Source: Thermoleophilia bacterium
Lineage (GTDB): Bacteria; Actinomycetota; Thermoleophilia; RBG-16-64-13
Length of the DNA: 64,000 nucleotides
Reading direction: 5' to 3'
NCBI GenBank assembly: GCA_040770645.1
Contig: JAXGIS010000004.1
Location: 37,600-101,599 of the forward strand
Positions 1 to 8,149 of the stretch are shown here, one piece after another (within the stretch, counting starts at the first letter, position 1; each line of letters starts with the position of its first letter). Under the pieces are notes generated by a model. It was not told where the DNA came from, ran no database searches, and saw only the letters and a list, made by a program, of their open reading frames with translations. A program made the position numbers and the translations under genes.

Positions 1-353
1 TTCCGCTCGCTCCGGCTTCTGGGGCGCGGATACAGCCCGTACTCGATGTTCTCAGCCACCGTCATGTGAGGAAACAACGCCGCGTCCTGGAAGAGCATGC
101 CCACCCGACGCTCCTCGATCGGGAGGTTGATCGACTGCTCGGTGTCCAATAGGACTTTCTGGTCGGTGGCCACGTAACCCCAATCGGGTTTGAGCAATCC
201 CGACACGGCCCGCAGCACGGATGTTTTGCCGGAGCCCGAGGGCCCGATCAGAGCCAGCACCCCCCCGGTCACGTGCAGCTGGGCGTCGAGCTTGATGCGC
301 CCCAGCTCATGGCGCACCTGCACTGTAAGCTCGCGTGGCTTTGAATCGGTCAT
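1..353 (-). CDS. modC: Molybdate ABC transporter ATP-binding protein, N-terminal part (3' end lies outside the window)
   Basis: Own reverse-strand translation from ATG at 353-351: MTDSKPRELTVQVRHELGRIKLDAQLHVTGGVLALIGPSGSGKTSVLRAVSGLL...GMLFQDAALFPHMTVAENIEYG. Walker A GPSGSGKT. ATGA start/stop overlap with the upstream permease. Absent from the ORF track because it runs off the window. Confidence 0.8.
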   Translation of the reverse strand, partial: MTDSKPRELTVQVRHELGRIKLDAQLHVTGGVLALIGPSGSGKTSVLRAVSGLLKPDWGYVATDQKVLLDTEQSINLPIEERRVGMLFQDAALFPHMTVAENIEYGLYPRPRSRSER

Positions 354-1240
354 TTCCAGTACGTGGTGCGCCGCAGCATCTTCACGGCGGCGAGGATGGC
401 CCCGCTGAGGGCCACCATGAGGGCGCCCATGGCCAGGGCCGCCTCCATGTTGGCCGCCGAGAACTCACCGTAGATGGCCAGCGGCAGTGTCTGCGTAGTG
501 CCCTGTAGGCTTCCGGCAAACAGGGTGGTGGCGCCGAACTCGCCGAGCGCGCGGGCCCACGCGAGCGCCGCCCCCGCCGACAGGCTGGGGCCGGCCAATG
601 GAGCCGCCACGCGGAAGAAGGTGCGGGCGCTTCCGGCACCCAACGTACGGGAGACACCCAACAGGTGTGGGTCGACGGCTGCGAATCCCGCGGTGGCCTG
701 CCTAACGAAGAAAGGCATGGCCACGAAGGCCTGGGCCATGACCACGGCCACCCAGGTGAAGGGCAGTTGGATGCCGAGTGCCCCCAGTTGGGACCCCAGG
801 ATACCGAAGCGCCCAAAAGCGGCAAACAGAGCGATACCTGCCACCGCAGGCGGCAACACCAACGGCAGCTCGAAGAGGGTGATGATGATGGGCCGACCCG
901 GGAAGCGCTTCGTACCGAGCAGATAGGATACGGGCGTGCCCAGCGCCACAATGCACACGAGCGCCACCACGCTGGTGGCCAGGCTCACGCGCAGGGCATC
1001 CAGAGCTACCGGGGAGCGCAGCTGTTCCCAGAAAACGGCGGGCGTGGTCTTGCCGAAGATGGCGAAGAGCGGCAGAGCGATGAACACAATGAGCACGGCG
1101 GTGGCGAAACCCGTGAGCACCGCCGCCACCACGTCCCAGAAGCGACGAGCCCCCTCGAGGACCGCCCGGCCGGCCGCGACGCGGCCGGCCGGCGCACCAG
1201 CTCCTGAGGGGTTGAGCGTCGTCACTGCCTCCATCCTCAC
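350..1240 (-). CDS. modB: Molybdate ABC transporter permease
   Basis: 296-aa multi-TM ORF with the ModB/CysT-type motif FELPLVLPPAVAGIALF and an EAA-like loop (VSRTLGAGSARTFFRVAAP). Lies between a ModA-like binding protein and an ABC ATPase. Confidence 0.85.
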   Translation of the reverse strand: MRMEAVTTLNPSGAGAPAGRVAAGRAVLEGARRFWDVVAAVLTGFATAVLIVFIALPLFAIFGKTTPAVFWEQLRSPVALDALRVSLATSVVALVCIVALGTPVSYLLGTKRFPGRPIIITLFELPLVLPPAVAGIALFAAFGRFGILGSQLGALGIQLPFTWVAVVMAQAFVAMPFFVRQATAGFAAVDPHLLGVSRTLGAGSARTFFRVAAPLAGPSLSAGAALAWARALGEFGATTLFAGSLQGTTQTLPLAIYGEFSAANMEAALAMGALMVALSGAILAAVKMLRRTTYWK

Positions 1241-2143
1241 CTACGATACAGGAAGGAAATCATACTTCTGAAGGATTCTTTGGCCTTCGGCGCTCAATAG
1301 GAAATCTATGAACCTCTGCGCCACTTCCCCGCTCCTATTGGTCTTGACCACCGCGATGGGGTACGTGGGCAGCGGATCACTCTGATATTCATTGGGGATA
1401 TCGATGCGCTCCACTTTGTCCCCGGCCGACGTGGCATCGGTCACATAGACGAAGCCTGCATCAACTTCCCCCAGGCTCACGCTGCTCACAATAGCGGTAA
1501 CCTTGTTGGCCTCCGTCACCACGTTGCCCATGACCTTGCGCGAGAAGTCGGAGCCGAGGCCGTCGTTCATCTTCTCCAGTACCGTACGCGTGTAGGTGCC
1601 CACCGGCACGCTCTCGGCGCATATGGCGATCTTCCGACCCGGCGCGGCAAGGTCTTCCAGAGACGCAATTCCACCCGGGTTCCCGGCCGGAACCACCACG
1701 ATCAGCTTGTTGCGGCAGAAATTCACCGGTGCCTCAATGAGACCTTCCTCATAGAGTTGTTTGCCGTACTTGAGACTGGCGCTGACGAACACGTCCGCAG
1801 GAGCGCCTTCCTTGATCTGCGCTACAAGCGTGTCTGTGCCCTGGAAGTTGTTCACGAACTCCACGCCGGCAAACTCCGGGTACGCCTGCTTGAAGGCGAC
1901 CTGCAATTCGGGGAACACCTGGGTCAGCGACCCCGCCGCGAACACGTTGCACTTGGAGGCCGCGCCGGTGGGTGTGGTCGCCACGGAAGAGCTCGTGGTC
2001 TCTGCGGACGCCGTTGTGGAGGGCTGTCCGCTGCTCGGCGCGCTGGTGGCCGAGCCGCACCCCCCCAGCACAATGAGGGCCAGAACCAGCACCGCAACCA
2101 GACTCCAGCCGCGCAGGCTCGCGGTGGCCCCATCCTTACCCAT
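1241..2143 (-). CDS. modA: Molybdate ABC transporter substrate-binding lipoprotein
   Basis: 300 aa. Lipoprotein signal LIVLGGCGS. ModA-like core NVFAAGSLTQVF...GAPADVFVSASLKY...NKLIVVVPAGNP...VPVGTYTR. Confidence 0.85.
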   Translation of the reverse strand: MGKDGATASLRGWSLVAVLVLALIVLGGCGSATSAPSSGQPSTTASAETTSSSVATTPTGAASKCNVFAAGSLTQVFPELQVAFKQAYPEFAGVEFVNNFQGTDTLVAQIKEGAPADVFVSASLKYGKQLYEEGLIEAPVNFCRNKLIVVVPAGNPGGIASLEDLAAPGRKIAICAESVPVGTYTRTVLEKMNDGLGSDFSRKVMGNVVTEANKVTAIVSSVSLGEVDAGFVYVTDATSAGDKVERIDIPNEYQSDPLPTYPIAVVKTNRSGEVAQRFIDFLLSAEGQRILQKYDFLPVS

Positions 2144-2199
2144 TGACTCCTATCCTTCCGTTATTTGTGAGCAAGTATATCGCCCGGCGCGAAACGAGC

Positions 2200-2295
2200 G
2201 CAAGCTAGAGACTCGTCTTTCGGCGGGAGATGAGGTATACCTGGTTCGCAACTTAAGCGACCAGCCGCCGGCCTCGCTCGGTCTCCAGGCGGATC
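2200..2295 (-). promoter_or_regulatory. Candidate Moco (molybdenum cofactor) riboswitch in the modA leader
   Basis: Minus-strand leader GGAGACCGAGCGAGGCCGGCGGCUGGUCGCUUAAGUUGCGAACCAGGUAUACCUCAUCUCCCGCCGAAAGACGAGUCUC. It folds by eye into nested helices GAGAC/GUCUC, CGGCGG/CCGCCG and CUGGUCGC/GCGAACCAG. The CCGAGC and CAUCUCCCGCC..AAAG blocks resemble the Moco RNA motif as I recall it. The position upstream of modABC is canonical. Confidence 0.45.
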
Positions 2296-2369
2296 GCCTT
2301 CGGCAGCTCAAGTACCTCCAAGGTAATAGGAGTGCAGTGAACGTACGCGAGCCCAACGAGACCGTGGAC

Positions 2370-3131
2370 ATGGATCACATCTTCGGCACTCTGCGCTCAG
2401 AGCTGCTCAGGCTGACCGTTGATTTCGGCTTGGGCGCGGAAGAAGTGGTGGTCACCACCCCCTCACGCCCACCGAGGCCATCGGCAATCCTGAAGATCGC
2501 GACTATCCCATCATCACCGGCCGCGAAACCATGTTGCAGGCGGTGGTGCGTGATGCCGCCGGCCAGGCGTTCACCGACATGGCGGGCGAGTACTCGGCCT
2601 CCGTGCAGGAGATCGCCACCATGCCCTTGACCAACAACTTCCGACGGGCCGTTTTTGCAGCCACCCTCAACGCCGTGGTCCGCTACGCGGAGCTGGTGGA
2701 CGTATCGCGTCACTGCAAGGACGAGGCCCCCGGCGATGTGCGGAAGAAGTGGGCACGTGGATCGCGGAACGCTTCGGTTTGAAGATGAATCATTAACTCC
2801 GAATAATGATTTACGCATCTTGATTGTGGGGTTCCAACCGCGGCTGATCGAGAGGATGGCAGCCTCCTACCACGTGCGCGTGACCGACCTGGACGCGGCC
2901 AATGTGGGTCGAGAGCACTTCGGCGCCACCGTCCACGATGCCGCCCATACCCCGGAGTTGCTGGACTGGTGCGACCTCGCTCTGGTCACCGGCACCACCC
3001 TGGCCAACGGCACCATCGCCCCGTTTGTGCAGAGAGCACAGACCGGACTACCCACAGTCTTCTACGGGGTGACCATCAGCGGCGCCGCGCGACTCCTGGG
3101 ACTCGATCACGTTTGCCCCTGCGGAGACTGA
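2370..3131 (+). pseudogene. DUF4213/DUF364-type (putative metal-chelation, Rossmann-like) protein, reading frame broken at least twice
   Basis: Three successive frames carry one protein: MDHIFGTLRSELLRLTVDFGLGAEEVVV / ...ITGRETMLQAVVRDAAGQAFTDMAGEYS...NAVVRYAELVDVSRHC / ...LRILIVGFQPRLIERM...WCDLALVTGTTLANGTIAPFV...VFYGVTISGAARLLG. The C-terminal half matches the DUF364 pattern also seen in the ORF at 21983-22873. Confidence 0.55.
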
Positions 3132-3352
3132 ACCGAGAAGCCGGCAGAGGATCACACCGAGGGCCGGGTGACCTCTCGAAGATCGCACCGGGGCGAGCCG
3201 GCCGGCGCAAACGCGCCGTCCCAGCCCGTCGCGCATGGCTACCAGGATGACGCCGGCGCGTTACAATTAGAGAGAGCGGCTACTGAACCTGCGCTGTCGC
3301 GGCGTGCAACGCAAACCGCCCGTGTGGAGCCGAGGCAGCGGAGACAACTGCC

Positions 3353-4369
3353 ATGCCTGATAAGCAACCTCAATCACCTGTGATGGGCGAGGCAATAGAG
3401 ACCGCACAGAGCGGCGTGCCGGACCGTGCCGCCGAGCGCCGGACGAGGCACGGCGCCGGCTCTGTGCGCCGTCTGGCCGGCTGCGTACGCCGTATGGCCC
3501 GCCGCATCGATGCCGTTGCCCTGGCGCTCATCGTGGCCGCGGTCTTCGTGTGGATCACCGACAAACCCGTTCACGCCTTGTTCTTGGGAAGCGTGGGCCT
3601 CGTCCTGGCCTGGGCCACATTTCGCCAACGATCGCCGGCGGAACCTGCTCCACAAACAGAGGCCACGGTTGAGCAAACAAGCAACGAACCTTCCGCCGGC
3701 ACCACTTGTGCCCTCAACGCCAATACACCCGGACCGCCGGACGATCTCGAGCCCCCCGCCTATCCGGACCCATCCTCAACCTTGTCCGCATCCTCCGGCC
3801 ACGGGGTGGCTGTAGCTATCGATTTGGATGGCGATTCCGAGGCGCTGCACAGACGTCGCGCTTACCATGGAGCCCTTCTAGCCGGAGCCGGTGTGGTCTT
3901 CTGCCTCGTGACCGCAGCTTTTCCGCGCTTCTCCTGGCCGGCCACCATAGCAGTGGTGACAGCCGCAACCTTGATCCTCACGCGCACCTGGGAGCGTAGC
4001 GGAGACACAACCAACCCCAGAGAAGATCACGCCATTGCCAATCCCAACGAGCCGTACTCCTGCGAAGAGGTGCAATCCTACGAGGAGCCGCACCCGTCCG
4101 AGGAGCTGCACCCGTCCGACGAACGACATTCGTCCGACGCGCGCTATTCGCGTGCCGGGCTGGTGGCCTGGATAGTGTTTCTGTGTGCCGGCGCCCTGTG
4201 GGAGCTCGCCGCCCTCCTGATGCAGCCGTCGCTGCGCGAAGGCTCTTACGACCACCCCACCATCAGCGTGATCATGGACGACTTCCTCGCCGCTTACTGG
4301 GGTAGGGTGATCATCCTGCTCCTGTGGTTGGCTCTCGGGTGGTTCCTGGTGAGGCAGACAGAACCATGA
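3353..4369 (+). CDS. Hypothetical multi-pass membrane protein with acidic/His-rich repeat linker
   Basis: 338-aa ORF with several hydrophobic helices (ALALIVAAVFVWI, GVVFCLVTAAF, LVAWIVFLCAGALWELAALL, VIILLLWLALGWFLV). Degenerate 18-bp tandem repeat at 4082-4135 encodes EEPHPS/EELHPS/DERHSS. The start codon is uncertain. Confidence 0.5.
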   Translation: MPDKQPQSPVMGEAIETAQSGVPDRAAERRTRHGAGSVRRLAGCVRRMARRIDAVALALIVAAVFVWITDKPVHALFLGSVGLVLAWATFRQRSPAEPAPQTEATVEQTSNEPSAGTTCALNANTPGPPDDLEPPAYPDPSSTLSASSGHGVAVAIDLDGDSEALHRRRAYHGALLAGAGVVFCLVTAAFPRFSWPATIAVVTAATLILTRTWERSGDTTNPREDHAIANPNEPYSCEEVQSYEEPHPSEELHPSDERHSSDARYSRAGLVAWIVFLCAGALWELAALLMQPSLREGSYDHPTISVIMDDFLAAYWGRVIILLLWLALGWFLVRQTEP

Positions 4370-4566
4370 GCAGCCGGGCCATCACTATACTGGGATACAT
4401 CGCTGCCCTCACGGCACTGGTAGTGCTGCAGTTGCTCAGCTCTCTGCCCGAAAGTCGGATCCCTTCGTTTGCCGTGGTAGTGCGCCGCTTGGCCCGTACC
4501 AAGTCCGGCCGGGTGGGTCTGCTGACGGCCTGGGCCTGGCTGGGCATGCATTTCTTTGCCCGGTAG
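4366..4566 (+). CDS. Small hypothetical membrane protein
   Basis: ATG at 4366 overlaps the stop of the upstream ORF (ATGA). MSSRAITILGYIAALTALVVLQLL...GLLTAWAWLGMHFFAR gives two predicted TM helices. Translationally coupled to the preceding membrane protein. Confidence 0.45.
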   Translation: MSSRAITILGYIAALTALVVLQLLSSLPESRIPSFAVVVRRLARTKSGRVGLLTAWAWLGMHFFAR

Positions 4567-5037
4567 ACGTAGCGCACGACCGCACCCCACTTCAATCCTC
4601 CCGCACGCCCACGCGGACAGGCTGGTGCCGATCGACGTTACTACCGTCTCCCAGCTGTCCCCATCATTCTGGCCCCAGGCCCAGGGAGCCGTCGGACTTG
4701 AGGGCCAGGGAGTGGAGCCGCCGGCTCCGACCGCCTTCCAATCATTGTCGGTACCGATGCGGGTGGGAACGTGCAGGTTGTTGATACTGCCGTCCCCCAG
4801 TTGACCGTGCTGTTGCAACCCCAGGCCCACAGGGAGCCGTCGGACTTGAGGGCCAGGGAACGAGTCACCCCCGGCCGTGATGATCTTCCAATCACTGTCG
4901 GTACCGATGCGGGTGGGAACGTGCAGGTTGTTGATACCGCCGTCTCCCAGTTGACCGTACTCGTTACGACCCCAGGCCCACAGGGAGCCGTCGGACTTGA
5001 GGGCCAGGAGTGGTGACCGGCTGCGACCGACTTCCAA
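4560..5037 (-). pseudogene. C-terminal RCC1-repeat continuation of the SLH/RCC1 protein (several frame changes; true stop uncertain)
   Basis: RCC1 units ([22 protein letters not shown]...[12 protein letters not shown]) continue across ORFs 4964-5416, 4641-4895 and 4294-5037 in different frames. Confidence 0.5.
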
Positions 5038-5590
5038 TCATTGTCGGTACCGATGCGGGTGGGGACTGACGGCTCGTAATACTGCCGTCTCCCAACTGAC
5101 CGTACGTGTTGTACCCCAAGCCCACAGGGAGCCGTCGGACTTGAGGGCCAGGGAGAACTGATGACCGGCGCTCACGGCCGCCCAATCGTTGTCGGTACCC
5201 CGCGGACGGGCGACAGACGATGCCCGTGCTGCCGTCCCCACCTGGCCGCGTGTTAAAGCCCCAAGCCCACAGGGAGCCGTCGGACTGAGGGCCAGCGACT
5301 GGTTGTAAACCGCCACCGTCTTCCAGTCGTTGCCGGTACCCACGCGGGCGGGCGACAGACGATCCTCCGTGCTGCCGTCCCCCAGTTCGCCGACTACGTT
5401 GTCGCCCCAGGCCCACAGGGAGCCGTCACTCCGTATGAACAGGCAGTAGTCGGCGGCAGCCCCCACTTTCCAGTCATTGTCGCTTCCGATGCGGCCGGGA
5501 ACGCGGCGGCCCTTCGTACTGCCGTCTCCCAACTGACCGTACTGGTTACCGCCCCAAGCCCACAGGGAGCCATCGGACTTGATGGCTAGG
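4671..5590 (-). repeat. Seven tandem ~147-bp coding repeats (RCC1 blades)
   Basis: The core CCCA(A/G)GCCCACAGGGAGCCGTCGGACTTGAGGGCCAGG recurs at about 4671, 4819, 4969, 5113, 5259, 5405 and 5551. Confidence 0.85.
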
Positions 5591-6378
5591 GAGGAATGAA
5601 CACCGACGGCCAGGTACGCCCAAACCGTATCGAGCTCCCGCTCCCAGCCCAGCAGATTGGAAAGCAGCTGAGCACACTCACCCCGGGAGGCCGAAGCGGT
5701 GAACCTGTAGCCCGCCCCCAGCCCGGGTAAGCCTGCAAGCAGCCCGTGGTGGTAGGCCAAACAGGCATTGTTATGGTGTTCGGCTATGGAGAACTGAGCA
5801 GAACTGAAAGGAGCAGGTTTCCGGCTCACAGGCTCAGGCAACGCCGCCGCCCTCACCACAAAGGTGATGAGTTGCTCACGGGTGACATAACCCCAAGGGT
5901 CGAAGGTAGTGGCAGTCTTGCCGTGGGTGACGTGGCGGGCTACCAGCACGGCGATGTAGTGATCAGGGTAGAGAACGTCCGTGGCATCCATGTAGGAGCC
6001 GGGCAGGCTCTTCGACACATCGGTGAACTGGTCACACTCGTCGGCTTCCGATACGGGATAACCCTTGGTCTTGACCAGCATCTTGGCAAAGTGCTGGCGG
6101 AGCACCGTTTTGTCCGGACCGAAGCTACCGTCGGTATATCCGCTCACTATGCCGCGCCCGGCCAAGTCGTAGATGGCGTCGTGGTGGGGGTGGGCCGCAG
6201 GCACGTCACTGAAGACAATGCCGTCAACCCCTGCGGCCGGGCAGAGGGGGAGCATGAGCACCAGGCCCAAAGTGAACGCCAGCACCAACATCGGTAGCAG
6301 CGCCGACCGCACGGGGCGCGAGGCTGGATGCAGGTGGAAGGACAAAGCGATGCGGGCAATGCGGGTCTTGGTCTTCAT
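5038..6378 (-). CDS. Cell-surface protein: signal/TM segment, three SLH domains, then RCC1 (beta-propeller) repeats
   Basis: SLH-like segments [54 protein letters not shown]...[15 protein letters not shown] and ...[16 protein letters not shown]. These are followed by repeated [21 protein letters not shown]...RIGSDNDWK units. Confidence 0.75.
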   Translation of the reverse strand: MKTKTRIARIALSFHLHPASRPVRSALLPMLVLAFTLGLVLMLPLCPAAGVDGIVFSDVPAAHPHHDAIYDLAGRGIVSGYTDGSFGPDKTVLRQHFAKMLVKTKGYPVSEADECDQFTDVSKSLPGSYMDATDVLYPDHYIAVLVARHVTHGKTATTFDPWGYVTREQLITFVVRAAALPEPVSRKPAPFSSAQFSIAEHHNNACLAYHHGLLAGLPGLGAGYRFTASASRGECAQLLSNLLGWERELDTVWAYLAVGVHSSLAIKSDGSLWAWGGNQYGQLGDGSTKGRRVPGRIGSDNDWKVGAAADYCLFIRSDGSLWAWGDNVVGELGDGSTEDRLSPARVGTGNDWKTVAVYNQSLALSPTAPCGLGALTRGQVGTAARASSVARPRGTDNDWAAVSAGHQFSLALKSDGSLWAWGTTRTVSWETAVLRAVSPHPHRYRQ

Positions 6379-6607
6379 ATGACCCTACCTCCGTTCCGCA
6401 GCAGCCCGGCACACAGACACCGTGGCTCGGCAGGGTGGCAGAAGCCGGGCGACGTATATACAGTCACAACTTCATTCTATGACGGAGATACACGAAGTCA
6501 ATTGGAAGAAATGCCTGGGAGCCAGAGAGCCGCCGCTCGCCCCCTGCGGCATGAGGGCTTCAGCGACGGAACCCCGTCGCCGAAGCCCTCATGCACCCCA
6601 GCAGCGC

Positions 6608-7108
6608 TCAGATGAATATGATCTGAGCGCCCTCGGTCATATCTATGAAGTCGCCCGCGGTCACGACGTCGATGACGCCGTCCACGAAATCCTCCTTCTT
6701 CAGGCCCATCATGTCCACCGACATCTTGCACGCATAGAGTTTGGCGCCCCCGTCCACCAACATCTGCAGGTACTCGCGAACGGGAGGAGCCCCCACTTCG
6801 GCGATCTTCTTCCGCATGATGCTGGTGGCAAACGCGGTCATACCTGGAAGGGCCCCCATGATATTGGGTATGCCCAGGTTGCCGGGCACGCCCATCATGC
6901 CCATCTTCATGCTGGTATTCGCCACCGGTGGTATCTCGAGATGGTCAACCCGCTTCTCGGTGATCATGTCGAGACCCCAAAAAGTGAAGAAGATGGTCAC
7001 ATCGATGCCGTTGCCCAGAGCGGCCCAACCCATGACCAGGGCCGGGTAGGCCATGTCCAGGTTGCCCTTGGAGCAGATGAACGCGATATGGCGGTTCTCG
7101 TCAGCCAT
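6608..7108 (-). CDS. DsrE/DsrF-like family sulfur-carrier protein
   Basis: 166 aa. IAFICSKGNLDMAYPALVMGWAALGNGIDVTIFFTFWGLDMI...LYACKMSVDMMG is typical of the DsrE2/DrsE-like fold. Confidence 0.7.
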   Translation of the reverse strand: MADENRHIAFICSKGNLDMAYPALVMGWAALGNGIDVTIFFTFWGLDMITEKRVDHLEIPPVANTSMKMGMMGVPGNLGIPNIMGALPGMTAFATSIMRKKIAEVGAPPVREYLQMLVDGGAKLYACKMSVDMMGLKKEDFVDGVIDVVTAGDFIDMTEGAQIIFI

Positions 7109-7131
7109 GAGTCTTCCTTCCTAACCGCAAA

Positions 7132-7452
7132 TCAGACGCAGCCTTCAGGCTTGCCCAAGCCGGAGATCTTGGCGACCTTCTTGGCCGGGCCCTTCGGGAA
7201 CAGTGCGAACAGCTCCTTGGTGGAGACACCCGTACCCGTGGTGATCTGCCGCAGGGTGGGAGCGTTGCCGTTGAGTTTGGGGGCGGAATCGCGACAGTAA
7301 TCGATGATCTTCCAATGTGCATCCGTGAGTTCGGCCACGCCCTCTTCCGCAGCTATGGCTGCCGCGATGTCCTTGTTCCACTCGGAAGGATCGGTCATGA
7401 AGCCTTCGTCGTTGACTTGAACCTCTTTCCCGGCAATGATTTTGGTTCCCAT
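7132..7452 (-). CDS. TusE/DsrC-family sulfur relay protein (single C-terminal Cys, TusE/RspA-type)
   Basis: 106 aa. GFMTDPSEWNKDIA...LTDAHWKIIDYCR...LFALFPKGPAKKVAKISGLGKPEGCV. It has the penultimate Cys of the flexible arm. The second DsrC cysteine, about 11 residues upstream, is Ala here. Confidence 0.8.
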   Translation of the reverse strand: MGTKIIAGKEVQVNDEGFMTDPSEWNKDIAAAIAAEEGVAELTDAHWKIIDYCRDSAPKLNGNAPTLRQITTGTGVSTKELFALFPKGPAKKVAKISGLGKPEGCV

Positions 7453-7493
7453 ACGTATCTACCTCCTCCGTGAGGTTGACCGATGTACGTCCA

Positions 7494-7575
7494 GGGGCGG
7501 GGGGGGGGGGGGGCGGCGCCCCCCCCCCCCCCCCCCCCCCCCACCCACCCCCCCCCCCCCCCCCCCCCCCCCCCA
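7494..7575. repeat. Extreme homopolymer block: G15, CGGCG, C24, A, CCC, A, C27
   Basis: Read directly from the sequence: G run 7499-7513, C run 7519-7542, C run 7548-7574. It lies between the tusE-like start and the DUF1641 3' end. Confidence 0.95.
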
Positions 7576-8139
7576 CTTCGGCACAGCGCAGAGCCTGCTC
7601 CCCCACTGCGCCCATGACGTGCAGCACTAACGCCAAACCACGCTGCACATCCGGATCACGCGCCTTGTTCAGCAGGGCCCGCAGCGAAGTCCTCACCGGC
7701 GGCGTGAACTGGTTCATCGAGGTGACCACGCTGTCCACCAACCGCCCGCCGCGTTGGGCAAAAGTGAAATAACCCCTGTACTCGGCGCGCTGCAGCCAGT
7801 CGGCCGCTTTTTCGAAGGCGCTGTCGGGCAGGGGACCCACCGTCTGCGCCAGGTCCATCAAGCTCTCGAGTTGATCGAGCATGCGGTCGAAGTTGCGACC
7901 GTTGCGCAGTAGGCGCTTGAGGAAGCGCAGCAGATCGCCCAAGTCCACATACGATTGCACTTCTTCCAACTGCTCGGTGGTGAGCCGGAAGACGTCGTTG
8001 ACGATGGGTGTCAGATCGTGGATGAGTTCATCCCGCTCCGCCCGGCGACGGGCGGCCAGTTCGGCCTGCTCCGTCAGGTACTGCACCTGCTTGGTGAGGA
8101 GATCAGCTTCTGATTGAGGGCAGCAAGTTCCCCGTCCAT
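7576..8139 (-). CDS. DUF1641 domain protein (5' frameshift near 8100; 3' end runs into the homopolymer tract)
   Basis: ATG at 8139 gives MDGELAALNQK. After a 1-nt shift the main frame continues LLTKQVQYLTEQAELAARRRAERDELIHDLTPIVNDVFRL...LLNKARDPDVQRGLALVLHVMGAVGEQ. The coiled N-terminus plus helical C-terminus are typical of DUF1641 proteins that partner SQR-like flavoproteins. Confidence 0.6.
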
Positions 8140-8149
8140 GACCGCCACC

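Noticed and set aside
190-408. 72-aa plus-strand ORF at the left edge.
   Set aside because: It is antisense to the clear ModC N-terminus (Walker A on the minus strand) and has no features of its own.
7145-8086. 313-aa ORF with poly-Gly/poly-Pro stretch reading from DUF1641 through the homopolymer tract into the tusE-like gene region.
   Set aside because: It is a read-through created by the G/C homopolymer block. The 3' part is out of frame relative to the convincing TusE/DsrC ORF (7132-7452) and has no protein-like features.
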